A stretch of DNA of 64,000 nt from Syntrophales bacterium (GTDB lineage Bacteria > Desulfobacterota > Syntrophia > Syntrophales > PHBD01), in contig OY764159.1 in assembly GCA_963668175.1 (NCBI GenBank), forward strand, positions 2,208,001 through 2,272,000, read 5' to 3'. Positions within the stretch are counted from its first letter, which is position 1, and each line of letters opens with the position of its first letter. The position numbers and the translations under genes were made by a program. The notes under the pieces were generated by a model. The model did not search any database and had not been told where the DNA came from. It worked only from the letters and a program-made list of their open reading frames with translations. This document shows positions 1-8,465 of the stretch, in pieces.

Positions 1-1340
1 TCGATGACCTCCCCCGTCGTCCCCTTCACGAGCAGGCCGCCCATCGTGTGGTGGCGCTGCATGGCCCGGCTGTTCCCCTGGAAGGGGCCCGTCCGGATGG
101 GGGTGAGGACCGACGGATGCTTCCCCAAAACCGCGTCCTTCTTTGCATCGCAGGCGGCGTTGTATTCCCGGACCGTCGCCACGAGGCTTCCCTTGGGCAG
201 GTTCAGTTTCGCTTCCAGCTCTTCGATGGTGTCGGCCTTCATCTCCGGCAGCGGCTCGAAAAGCGGCTGCGCGAGGACGGCCTCCTTGATGACGTCGCGG
301 CGGGCGCTTTCGTCGACGAAGCGCTTGCCGTCCTTGTTGACGAAGATCCGGTAGGGCATGCTGGCCGAGGCCTTGCGCACCTCTTCGCTCTCGATGAGGT
401 AGAAGCTGGCCTTGTACGGCGGCTTCACGTCGTTCAGCGGGATCGCCTGGATGTAGTCCATGTGGAGCGTATCCGCGCCGACGTCCTGGGCGAACTTGAT
501 GCATTCCCCCGTGGCCCCCGGGTGGTTGGTCGTTCCCGTCGAGGCGAGGCGGCGGTCGAGCTGGGTCACCCAGGCGATGTTGGCGCCGAATCCGCCGCTG
601 GCGAGAATGACGCCCCGCCTGGCCTTGAAGTACATCTTCTTTCCCTTGAGCTTCACCTCGACGCCGAGGACGCGGCCGTCCAGGGGCTTTTCCCGGACGA
701 AGCCCGTCACTTCGTGCCCGAGGAGCACGGGCTGGCCGATCCTGTCCATTTCATCCAGCATGGCATGGATATTGGCCGCCCCCATCTTCCAGTTCCGGCC
801 TTTCGCGTCCTTGTAGGTGCCGGGATAATGCGTCCGCTCCCAGAGGGCGCCGTAGCCCCGGACGACCTTCTCCGGCCATTTGACGCCGAGGCGCTCGAGG
901 TAGTTCACGGCGTCCTCGAGGGCATGGTCCACGAAGTAGCGGACCTTTTCCGGATCGTTGATGTTGTCGCCCCCTTCCATCGTGTTCTTGAAATGCAGAT
1001 CCGTGGAATCCTCGATGCCCTGGCGGTTCTGCCGCACCGGGTCCACGGCGTTCGCGCCTCCGTGGGCGATGACCGAGTTGCCGCCCGCGACGGGCATCTT
1101 CTCCAGCACGACGACGCTCATCTTGAGCTGGCGCGAGACGATCGCCGCGGCGAGTCCCGAATAGCCCGACCCGACGATCACGACGTCCGCCGTCTGGTCC
1201 CATTTCTTCGGTACGGGGACGGCCTCGGCGCGGCCCGGGGAGAGCGACATCGCTCCCACGGCGGCCCCGGCCAGGGCGGTTGTTTTGATGAAATCCCTTC
1301 TTGACAGTTTTCCCTTTTGATTCTCTTCTCTCGTTTTCAT
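1..1340 (-). CDS. Tat-exported FAD-dependent oxidoreductase (flavocytochrome c / fumarate reductase flavoprotein family); 3' end runs off the window
   Basis: Absent from the ORF track because it has no stop in the window. Manual translation from ATG 1340 (GGAGG RBS upstream) gives MKTREENQKGKLSRRDFIKTT... (twin arginine), then DVVIVGSGYSGLAAA (FAD-binding), LEKMPVAGGNS and LASGGFG. Confidence 0.85.
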   Translation of the reverse strand, partial: MKTREENQKGKLSRRDFIKTTALAGAAVGAMSLSPGRAEAVPVPKKWDQTADVVIVGSGYSGLAAAIVSRQLKMSVVVLEKMPVAGGNSVIAHGGANAVDPVRQNRQGIEDSTDLHFKNTMEGGDNINDPEKVRYFVDHALEDAVNYLERLGVKWPEKVVRGYGALWERTHYPGTYKDAKGRNWKMGAANIHAMLDEMDRIGQPVLLGHEVTGFVREKPLDGRVLGVEVKLKGKKMYFKARRGVILASGGFGANIAWVTQLDRRLASTGTTNHPGATGECIKFAQDVGADTLHMDYIQAIPLNDVKPPYKASFYLIESEEVRKASASMPYRIFVNKDGKRFVDESARRDVIKEAVLAQPLFEPLPEMKADTIEELEAKLNLPKGSLVATVREYNAACDAKKDAVLGKHPSVLTPIRTGPFQGNSRAMQRHHTMGGLLVKGTTGEVI

Positions 1341-1573
1341 TCTCGACCTCCTGTAGTCAGAACACGCACTAAGATTATCCGGATAAGGGATTGATTTGAT
1401 AACGTGTCGAAAGGGTTAGCAGGAATGGCGATGCCGTGTCAACGGAATAATGGCCGCCGGGACGATTGCAGGACAGGAGGGGGGCCGGCCGGCGCGTATC
1501 GTAGATCGGTAAATCGTGAGAACGGCGTTCGCCCGCCGTCAAGCGATGATTCGTTCGGCCTAGGGGCGAGGCG

Positions 1574-1861
1574 TCATTCCAGGAACTCGAATTCCGATAT
1601 CCACTCGTCGAGTTCGGCCCGGATTTCCGGCGTCAGCGGGTATGCCTCCATGAGGAGGTCGTGCAGCTCGGGGGCGAGGGCGCGGACCTCGCCGTAATCG
1701 GGGGCGGTGGCCATAAGCTGGCGCAGGCCGATGGAGACGTCGAGCCCCCGGTCGCGGAAGGCCTCCCACGTGCGGACCCGGTCGATCCAGGCGAAGTCCC
1801 ACCCCGTTTCCGGCAGGGGCGGCAGGGCCTCGTACCGCCTTCTGATATCGTCTTGATCCAT
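1574..1861 (-). CDS. hypothetical protein (95 aa)
   Basis: ATG with AAGGA upstream; acidic, protein-like composition; no recognisable motif. Confidence 0.6.
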   Translation of the reverse strand: MDQDDIRRRYEALPPLPETGWDFAWIDRVRTWEAFRDRGLDVSIGLRQLMATAPDYGEVRALAPELHDLLMEAYPLTPEIRAELDEWISEFEFLE

Positions 1862-1893
1862 GTTTACCGTTCCTTGTGACCATGTCCCCGGAT

Positions 1894-1983
1894 TGCGGCC
1901 GGGGATTGGTTACTTCTTTGCTTCTTCCTGAGCGCCCGGGTCCGTTATTTTTTTCCTTCTGCGGGCCCGTTCGCGGCGCTGAA
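1894..1983. repeat. direct repeat copy 1 (matches about 2650-2746)
   Basis: ATTGGTTACTTCTTTGCTTCTTCCTGAGCGCCCGGG.CCGTTATTTTTTTCCTTCTGCG is shared almost exactly with the copy near 2660-2720. Confidence 0.9.
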
Positions 1984-2024
1984 AATCGGCCGGAGCGGCG
2001 CATTAACAAATAGGATTTCGGAGA

Positions 2025-2411
2025 TTATTGAAAAAAGCGCTCCATCATTGGAACATCCGATAAATAGGTATCGATTTTCCTGATGAGGCCGGAATCGATC
2101 GTGAGAACCGTTGCAAGTTCTTCGTCGAGTATCCGACCGTCCGGCTTGGTTGCAGTGTTATGCAGGGAAAGCGTTATGCCGAACTGACCGATTAATATGT
2201 AATGAAGCTCCGTTTTAGTGCCATGTTCGATGATGGTTTTGACCCGTTCGACGACGGCATCGATGCCGACAGCAACACCTGAAATTTTGCCGTTGCCCGG
2301 AAGGCTCCAATGAATATCTTTATGCAGCAGCCGTGTTATGCGTTCGAAGTCGCGAGCTGCATAGGCTGCCAGGAATTCCTCGGCGATTTTGCGATCTGCT
2401 TGGTTTGTCAT
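2025..2411 (-). CDS. SnoaL/NTF2-like family protein
   Basis: 128 aa with pattern FLAAYAARDFERITRLLHKDIHWSLPG...G..VG.DAV typical of SnoaL-like folds; AGGAG RBS. Confidence 0.8.
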   Translation of the reverse strand: MTNQADRKIAEEFLAAYAARDFERITRLLHKDIHWSLPGNGKISGVAVGIDAVVERVKTIIEHGTKTELHYILIGQFGITLSLHNTATKPDGRILDEELATVLTIDSGLIRKIDTYLSDVPMMERFFQ

Positions 2412-2607
2412 TTCTTCTCCTTTGTGTTCGTTCGGTCATGCCGGGACCGACTGTGTCATACCGCAAGAACGTACGCGGTGCGGTCTGCAAGGCATCCATC
2501 CATGAAGTGTCTCGCGGGACTTCGTGTTCATATCCCATATTCCGGAAAGAACATCAATGATTGCGGCTCGAAAATTCGTATATCCGTCAAAACCGCCGGA
2601 TGCTCTC

Positions 2608-2746
2608 TTTCAGGAAGCAAGCTGCGGATAACGAGGCGGCCGGTTTGATGCGGTCCGGGTATTGGTTACTTCTTTGCTTCTTCCTGAGCGCCCGGGGCCG
2701 TTATTTTTTTCCTTCTGCGCGCCCATTTGCGGCGCGCGGCGCTGAA
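2608..2746. repeat. direct repeat copy 2 (5' half matches 3679-3745, 3' half matches 1894-1983)
   Basis: TTTCAGGAAGCAAG.TGCGGATA...CCGGTTTGATGCGGTCCGGG is shared with 3679-3730. Confidence 0.9.
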
Positions 2747-2867
2747 CGCCGCGAATGGGGCCTGACAGGCGTGAAAAGAAGGTTACGGTGTGTCCGGAGA
2801 GAAATGGTTCACCTACAAAGAGTGAGTCATGGCAGCTTATCGGAAGTAAGCATTACGGATCGAAAGA

Positions 2868-2957
2868 GAGTAACACCAGCGTAACCAGCGCGGGCGTGAC
2901 CACCTGGCAGAAAAAGCACCGCTATCTACCCGAGTCGGGTTCACGCATTCGTTAGCC
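2868..2957 (-). mobile_element. solitary integron attC recombination site
   Basis: Minus strand: R'' GGCTAAC (contains the stop of 2952..3419), 5 nt, L'' CGTGAACC, central region, L' GGTTACG, 5 nt, R' GTTACTC. L'' and L' are complementary except for one extra base; total length 90 bp. Confidence 0.75.
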
Positions 2958-3419
2958 TCTCGCTTTATCTATACGATCAATCAGTTCCACAATATCCGGG
3001 TTCTTCTTAAAAGGAATGAAACTCATAGGCGGTGAAAAGCTCAGATCTTCTCCAAGTTCGGTCATTCGGCGAAGAGTTATAGTCACTCTTGGCGGGCTAA
3101 CCATTACAGAGTAACTGACATTCTTGATTTCGTTCAGGTTGACCCGGACCTCTTTCTGCCCGTTCTTGAAAAGCAGTGAGGTACCTTCGTCATACACTTC
3201 GTTGATGAGGTCGAAAACCAGTTTCTTCATTATAAAATAGAAGAAGGCCACCATGAAAAGGGGCATGATGATTGGCATAACCGAAGCTAATGAGTAGAAA
3301 TTGGAGCCTTTGGACATCTGAAACAAGGCCGTTACCATGAACAAGCCCAGACATCCGAACAAAAAAATGGGATAAACGGTCTTTAACAGGTATGTGGTTT
3401 TTGATGACAATCTCTTCAT
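2952..3419 (-). CDS. hypothetical membrane protein (2 TM plus small soluble domain); probable former gene cassette
   Basis: 155 aa, low GC, two hydrophobic segments; stop codon lies inside the attC R'' box. Confidence 0.8.
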   Translation of the reverse strand: MKRLSSKTTYLLKTVYPIFLFGCLGLFMVTALFQMSKGSNFYSLASVMPIIMPLFMVAFFYFIMKKLVFDLINEVYDEGTSLLFKNGQKEVRVNLNEIKNVSYSVMVSPPRVTITLRRMTELGEDLSFSPPMSFIPFKKNPDIVELIDRIDKARG

Positions 3420-3678
3420 GTCTATTTTTCAGGATTGACAATTAATATACCCAATGGGTATTTTCCTATGTTTTGCGCTATACTAATTTATTTTAGGGAA
3501 AATAAAAAGATATTTATCTTGTGAAATCAAGTCTAGCTCTTACCATTGGGTATTTTATGTTAATAAAGACTAAATACCTCGGTGGTTTTTACGGTAATAT
3601 TGTCCAACGCAAGAAAAATCGCCTTCAATGATTACCGATTGGAAGATGCATTGTATTATTAGATCCGGATTACGCAGC

Positions 3679-3745
3679 TTTCAGGAAGCAAGTTGCGGAT
3701 ACCGGTGCCCCCGGTTTGATGCGGTCCGGGGCGCCGTTATTTCTT
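3679..3745. repeat. direct repeat copy 3, overlapping the stop of the ferredoxin gene
   Basis: Shares its 5' block with 2608-2660 and the CCGTTATTT end with copies 1 and 2. Confidence 0.8.
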
Positions 3746-4744
3746 TTCTGTTTCCGGTGTGCCCGGCGTGCGCGGTGCGGCTGACTCTGCGGGTTTGTCG
3801 CGAAGCTCGGCGGGTTCGGCCGTGACGATCCCTTTCCGGGCCTTGAATTTGTTGAAGCCGTAGAGCTTCGTGCCGCTCATCTCCATCTCCATGGCCTCGG
3901 TGGGGCAGTTGTTGAGGCAGCCGAAACAGGCGATGCAGCGGTCGCGGTCGATCGCGGCCGCATCGATGTCGATTGCCTTGACGGGGCAGACGGCGGCGCA
4001 GGTCCCGCAGCGGATGCAGATGCTCCGGTTGATGGCGTGCTTCGCGATCCGCGATTTTGACAGCCTCGCAATGGGCAGGGCGGCGGCGAATTCCCGGAGG
4101 GTGACGTTCCGCGAAAACGTTATGGCCTGGACCTTCCGGATGCGATCCAGGACGGCCGCGCTGAAGGCGCGGACGCGCTCGTACGTCGCCTCGTCCGGCA
4201 GGTGCATGTGGCCCTCGATGCCGGGGCCTTTCCAGTCCGGGAAGGGGAAGGTGCCGATGTTCATGAAGGCGTCCAGTCCCACGGGGACGCCGCCTTTCTT
4301 CGTCAAGCGTTCCAGGATCGAGCAGCCGGCATTGTGCTGGTTCCCTTCCGGGCCGCCGAAGGAGACGTAGGCGGCGGCCGCAATGCCGTCAAGAACGGGC
4401 AGGCCGTCCAGCCATTGCCTCACGTTGGACGGGGCGTCGTAGTACTGGACGGCCGACCCGACGACGACGAGGTCGCAGCCGGGAAGGGCCGCGATGTCGA
4501 ACCGTCGCATGTCGCCGGAGGAAACGGTCAGGCCCGCCAGCTCCAATCTGCGCGCGATCAGCCGGCCGTACCGCTCCGTGTGGCCCGTCTGGCTGTACCA
4601 GAGGACCGCGGCCTTGCGCGGGTCCTTTGTCCTGAGGGGCTTCGCCGCCTCCTGCGTCGCATAGTGCGAACAGCCCGCAGGCCCCAGGGACAATGCCGCA
4701 ACCGCCGCCGCCCCCTTCACGCAAAACGATCGTCTCGTTTCCAT
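3737..4744 (-). CDS. EFR1-type flavodoxin-domain / 2x[4Fe-4S] ferredoxin protein with Tat-like lipoprotein signal
   Basis: Start METRRSFC...LGPAGC; flavodoxin loop WYSQTGHT; CIRCGTCAAVCP and CIACFGCLNNCP. Confidence 0.85.
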   Translation of the reverse strand: METRRSFCVKGAAAVAALSLGPAGCSHYATQEAAKPLRTKDPRKAAVLWYSQTGHTERYGRLIARRLELAGLTVSSGDMRRFDIAALPGCDLVVVGSAVQYYDAPSNVRQWLDGLPVLDGIAAAAYVSFGGPEGNQHNAGCSILERLTKKGGVPVGLDAFMNIGTFPFPDWKGPGIEGHMHLPDEATYERVRAFSAAVLDRIRKVQAITFSRNVTLREFAAALPIARLSKSRIAKHAINRSICIRCGTCAAVCPVKAIDIDAAAIDRDRCIACFGCLNNCPTEAMEMEMSGTKLYGFNKFKARKGIVTAEPAELRDKPAESAAPRTPGTPETEKK

Positions 4745-4889
4745 GGTTTCCTCGCTTGTGCGTTTCGTCCGTGTTGTGTATAGAGAATGACATATCAATT
4801 ACAACAGCAGACGGCGCAAAGCAACGGGTTTGTTGCGCCGGGGACGCCGTTCCTGTTCCGATACGGAAACGCAGAAGCCGGAGGGGACG

Positions 4890-5741
4890 ATGATCGTCGA
4901 TTGCCATTGCCACGCCTTTACGGAGCAGGTCGTCCGCAATGTGGTTTCGCGGACGGCGCTGGTGGCGGAACTCAAGCTGGACCCGGAAGCCGGGCGAAGG
5001 GCCGACGCCCGGATTTTAAGCGAATCGGCCGTTGCGCACGGCATCGACTGGTGCATCCTTTTCCCGACGGCCCCTCCGCAGGGTGTGAGGGAGGAGAACG
5101 ACCGCAGCATCGCCGCCGCTTCCTCTCATCCCCGCCTCCGGACCCTGGCGACGCTCCACCCCCGGATGGACGGCCTGGCGGCAGAACTGGAACGGATGCT
5201 CGCCCTGGGGATCGCCGGGTTCAAGTTCTCTTCGTTCTCGCAGCGCTTCGATGTCCTGTCGGAGGAAGCGGGAAGGATGTTTGCGGTTCTGGAAGACGCG
5301 GCCGCCTCGGGCAGGTCGTTCATGGTCGTCCTCGACACGTTCAACCGGGCCGACGTCCACTTCGGGGCCCGTCCGGAGCACATCGCGACGCCCGCGAAGC
5401 TCAACGCCGTCGTCGCCCGCCATCCCGCCCTTTCCTTCCTCGCCGCCCACATGGGAGGCCTCGCGGCCGACTTCGGCCTCATCCGCCGCGACCTGAAACC
5501 GGCCCCTAACCTTTTCCTCGACACGTCCAACGCCGCGCACGTCCTTGCGGAAGGTCAGTTTGTCGAGCTTCTGAAAATCCACGGGGCCGATCGTATTCTT
5601 TTCGGCACGGACTGGCCGTGGTTCGATCACGGCTCCGAAATGGCGCTGATCGACGCCCTTCTGGATTCGGCGGGATTCAGCCGGGCACAGAAAGACGCCG
5701 TTTTCGGCGACAATGCCGCCAGGCTCTTTTCGCTTGACTGA
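4890..5741 (+). CDS. amidohydrolase family (TIM-barrel metal-dependent hydrolase)
   Basis: MIVDCHCH, AAHMGG, LDTS, RILFGTDWPW, GDNAARLF; GGAGGGG RBS before ATG 4890. Confidence 0.9.
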   Translation: MIVDCHCHAFTEQVVRNVVSRTALVAELKLDPEAGRRADARILSESAVAHGIDWCILFPTAPPQGVREENDRSIAAASSHPRLRTLATLHPRMDGLAAELERMLALGIAGFKFSSFSQRFDVLSEEAGRMFAVLEDAAASGRSFMVVLDTFNRADVHFGARPEHIATPAKLNAVVARHPALSFLAAHMGGLAADFGLIRRDLKPAPNLFLDTSNAAHVLAEGQFVELLKIHGADRILFGTDWPWFDHGSEMALIDALLDSAGFSRAQKDAVFGDNAARLFSLD

Positions 5742-5831
5742 ACAAAGAAAACACAGAGGAAGGGGAAGAGAGAAGACCGTCAGGGCCGGGCGGCCGTAAC
5801 GGCGGTCGACGAACGGTCGCTGATCCGGCGC

Positions 5832-6116
5832 CTATATCGGCTTCCAGCCGGTGAGACACAGCATCTTGAAACCGAACAGGTTTTGAAGGCCGATCGCCAG
5901 GGGAAAGGGCGACTCGAATCCGACAGGCAGATACACTTTGACCTCGTTGACGACGGACATGCTGTAGTCGCCGGCGTTTTTCGGTATGCCCCGTCTCACG
6001 GACGGACCAAGGTTGATGCGCCCTCAGCAAAGACGCGAGTTCCCCGTGGTGAACAGGTGCACAACGCCGCCTTTGGTCAGCAGGTAATCGCGGGCGGGAT
6101 CGGTGATGGTAAGCAC
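5832..6116 (-). CDS. small selenoprotein with Cys-Sec motif (CC/Se-motif, HesB-like family), 94 aa; in-frame TGA at 6024-6026
   Basis: GTG start reads MLTITDPARDYLLTKGGVVHLFTTGNSRLC-TGA-GRINLGPSVRRGIPKNAGDY...VYLP...LFGFKMLCLTGWKPI*. The frame stays open for 63 codons after the TGA, and a hairpin CCGTC-CGTGA-GACGG follows it. Confidence 0.8.
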
Positions 6117-6321
6117 GACGATGCCTTTCTGTTTTTTGCTTTACGCCGGTCCGCAATGACCGGGCCGTTTCATTATTCAAAGGGACCCGACCAGTAAGCC
6201 GGGCGTTGCCTTCCCCTGCACCATTTCTTCGCTGGAAGAGACCCCCTCCCCGGAATCAAGCGTTATGGCCTTCCGCTCAAGACTTCCGGCCGTCCGCCGT
6301 CAGATATCCCAACGACCGTGA

Positions 6322-6331
6322 CATTATAGCA
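6322..6331 (-). promoter_or_regulatory. extended -10 promoter element upstream of the selenoprotein gene
   Basis: TGCTATAAT on the minus strand about 200 nt upstream of the GTG. Confidence 0.45.
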
Positions 6332-6559
6332 CGGAAAGGGGGGATTTAAGAAAACAACTTTTCGCGATGCGATCTTTATTAAAACCCTCGGCGATGGGCA
6401 ATAAAACAGAATGGGAGCGGGAGAGCTTCCGCAATATTCAGGACCGGGGGCGATTTCCATCCGGAAAGGAATAAGACGCCCTGATATCGGGTGGAAGAAC
6501 AGGTTGCCCTCCGATCAGGAGCAGGCATCGCCGGAATGCTTTGATTCTGCCGGGCCGTT

Positions 6560-7087
6560 CTATCTCTGTCTCTTCGCGATTTCTTTCAAACGGCTGCCGG
6601 CGAAAGGCTGGAAGGCGAACTGGGCCTCGGACTGGATGCTCGGGCAGCACATGGCGTCGCTCGGCGCGTAATTCTTTGTCGGTACGGCAACGACGACGTC
6701 GTTCTTCGATCGTCTCATTTTGATGTTGCCGGATTCGACGGCGCGTATGCCCTTGCCGCCCACGGCCATGACGTCGATCAGGCTCATCCTCGGCGGGCGG
6801 CCCGCCGCTTCGGCATCCAGGGACGCAAAGACGGCCATGTACTGGATGTGATTGTTGCCGCCGCCGAAGCCCTCAATCGTGAAGACCGCAACAGCCACGG
6901 TTGTGCCGTCCCGGTCCGTCGCGATCCGGATACCGCGGTATTCGGGGGACGAGACGGAATGCGAATCGCCCAGCATCGCCGCCAGCGCCGTCACCCTGGC
7001 GCCGACGTCGTCCCTGATCGCCCGGTCGTCGGCATGAGACAGAACGGGAACAAGTACCAGCAGTGCAGCAAGAATAAATCTTTTCAT
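6560..7087 (-). CDS. secreted hypothetical protein
   Basis: Signal peptide MKRFILAALLVLVPVLSHA; EGFGGGNN and DAMCCPS motifs; AAGGAA RBS. The ORF-track N-terminal extension is probably spurious. Confidence 0.75.
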   Translation of the reverse strand: MKRFILAALLVLVPVLSHADDRAIRDDVGARVTALAAMLGDSHSVSSPEYRGIRIATDRDGTTVAVAVFTIEGFGGGNNHIQYMAVFASLDAEAAGRPPRMSLIDVMAVGGKGIRAVESGNIKMRRSKNDVVVAVPTKNYAPSDAMCCPSIQSEAQFAFQPFAGSRLKEIAKRQR

Positions 7088-7163
7088 GTCTTCATTCCTT
7101 TCGGCGTAACGCCTCGATGGCGCGGGGATTCCCGCAAAAAACGTCCGGCGCGGCTTTGCGCGG

Positions 7164-8195
7164 TCAGGCCGCCGTGTCGTCGTCCCCGCCGATGAAGAGT
7201 CTCCGGCATTCGCGGACATCTTCGCGCTGTTCGGGGGTGTCGCCGGTGGCGCTGTAGTGGCACGTCGTGCAGGGTGCGGCCTTGGGCCCATAGCGGTAGA
7301 GGGCCTTGCGCCAGGCGACGAAGCGGCTGTTCGACCAGAGGAGGAAGATGTCCGTGTCCGCTTCGATCCGTCCCAGGACGTACTTTTCATGTTCCGGCAG
7401 GTCGGGGTAAATGTTGCAGCAGGGCAGCACCCGGCCGTCCCATTCGACCTGAAGCTCCGTGAAGGAGATGAGGCAGGGGTCGGTGCGCGAGTAGTTGGTC
7501 GCGAAGGCGAGGCTCTGCCCCCGGTCGAGCATGTTCGGGACGCCGTCGGCGTTCCGGTAGTAGTAGTCGATGGCGTTCCACGACACGAGCATACCTTCCC
7601 CCGCGTCCACGAAGGCGATGCGCGCGTCCTCCCTGTTTTGCATGTAGTGAAAAGCGAGGCCGAGGCGACGCAGCGCCTCGTCCTGCCTGTGGAAGATGCC
7701 TTCGGGGGCCGTTTCGCCCGGCAGGGCGTGGGTCGTCGCCAGGATCTGAGACACGCCCGCCGCCTTCAGTTCGAAAACGATTTCCTTCGTCAGGTAGTCG
7801 CCGTTGGTGACGACGGCTACGGTGACATCCGGGAGTGCGGCCCGTATTTCACGAACGCGCCTGAGGGCGTAGTCCTTGTCTGCGAGGGGCTCGTTGTACC
7901 GGTGCAGGGCGACCCTTCCCGCGTAGCCGATGGACCTGAGCTGATCGAGGATGGAGGCCATGACGCCGTCGTCGATGAGGTTCCGGGCGGAGCGCCTGTC
8001 CGTGACGGCGTTGGGGCAGTAGGGGCAGACCCGGTTGCAGTAGCTCGATATGGATATCTCCACGTTGGCGACGGAGGCCTTGAACAGCCGGGCCGCCGTG
8101 TCACGGTCGAGACGGTCCTGAAAATGTTCGCGATAGATGTTGACGACCACGTGCCTGCCCCCGGTTGCGCCGTGAAGTATGAGACTTGTCTCCAT
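7164..8195 (-). CDS. radical SAM / SPASM-domain protein
   Basis: CNRVCPYC (CxxxCxxC), YNEPL, VTNG, and C-terminal C...DGRVLPCC...PCTTC. True start is METSL at 8195. Confidence 0.9.
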   Translation of the reverse strand: METSLILHGATGGRHVVVNIYREHFQDRLDRDTAARLFKASVANVEISISSYCNRVCPYCPNAVTDRRSARNLIDDGVMASILDQLRSIGYAGRVALHRYNEPLADKDYALRRVREIRAALPDVTVAVVTNGDYLTKEIVFELKAAGVSQILATTHALPGETAPEGIFHRQDEALRRLGLAFHYMQNREDARIAFVDAGEGMLVSWNAIDYYYRNADGVPNMLDRGQSLAFATNYSRTDPCLISFTELQVEWDGRVLPCCNIYPDLPEHEKYVLGRIEADTDIFLLWSNSRFVAWRKALYRYGPKAAPCTTCHYSATGDTPEQREDVRECRRLFIGGDDDTAA

Positions 8196-8465
8196 CGCCG
8201 TACCCTTTTTCCGGGAACTTGTCAATTGCCGGAGAAGGGCTGGCTGCCGGCGGCACATCGCCGGTGCGAAGTCCGGACGTCCGTCCGGGCGGCAGCAGCG
8301 CCCCCTGCCGGGACCGGCTTTTCCGTTGCTTTTCGGCCCCGATTCCGTTAAAGGTAGGAACGCGCCGGGGCAGTCCCGGGCTGCGTATCGTCCGCGGCGG
8401 GTTGCCCGCCCAGCGGGTTTGGGGCCGGCCTTTGCGGCAAACGGCGCCTCTTGGGGAGACCCGCA

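Noticed and set aside
2868..2957. Complete integron
   Set aside because: No tyrosine recombinase, attI or additional attC found in the window.
5883..6197. 104-aa plus-strand ORF and the 5677..6180 minus-strand ORF
   Set aside because: Both overlap the better-supported selenoprotein frame and lack motifs.
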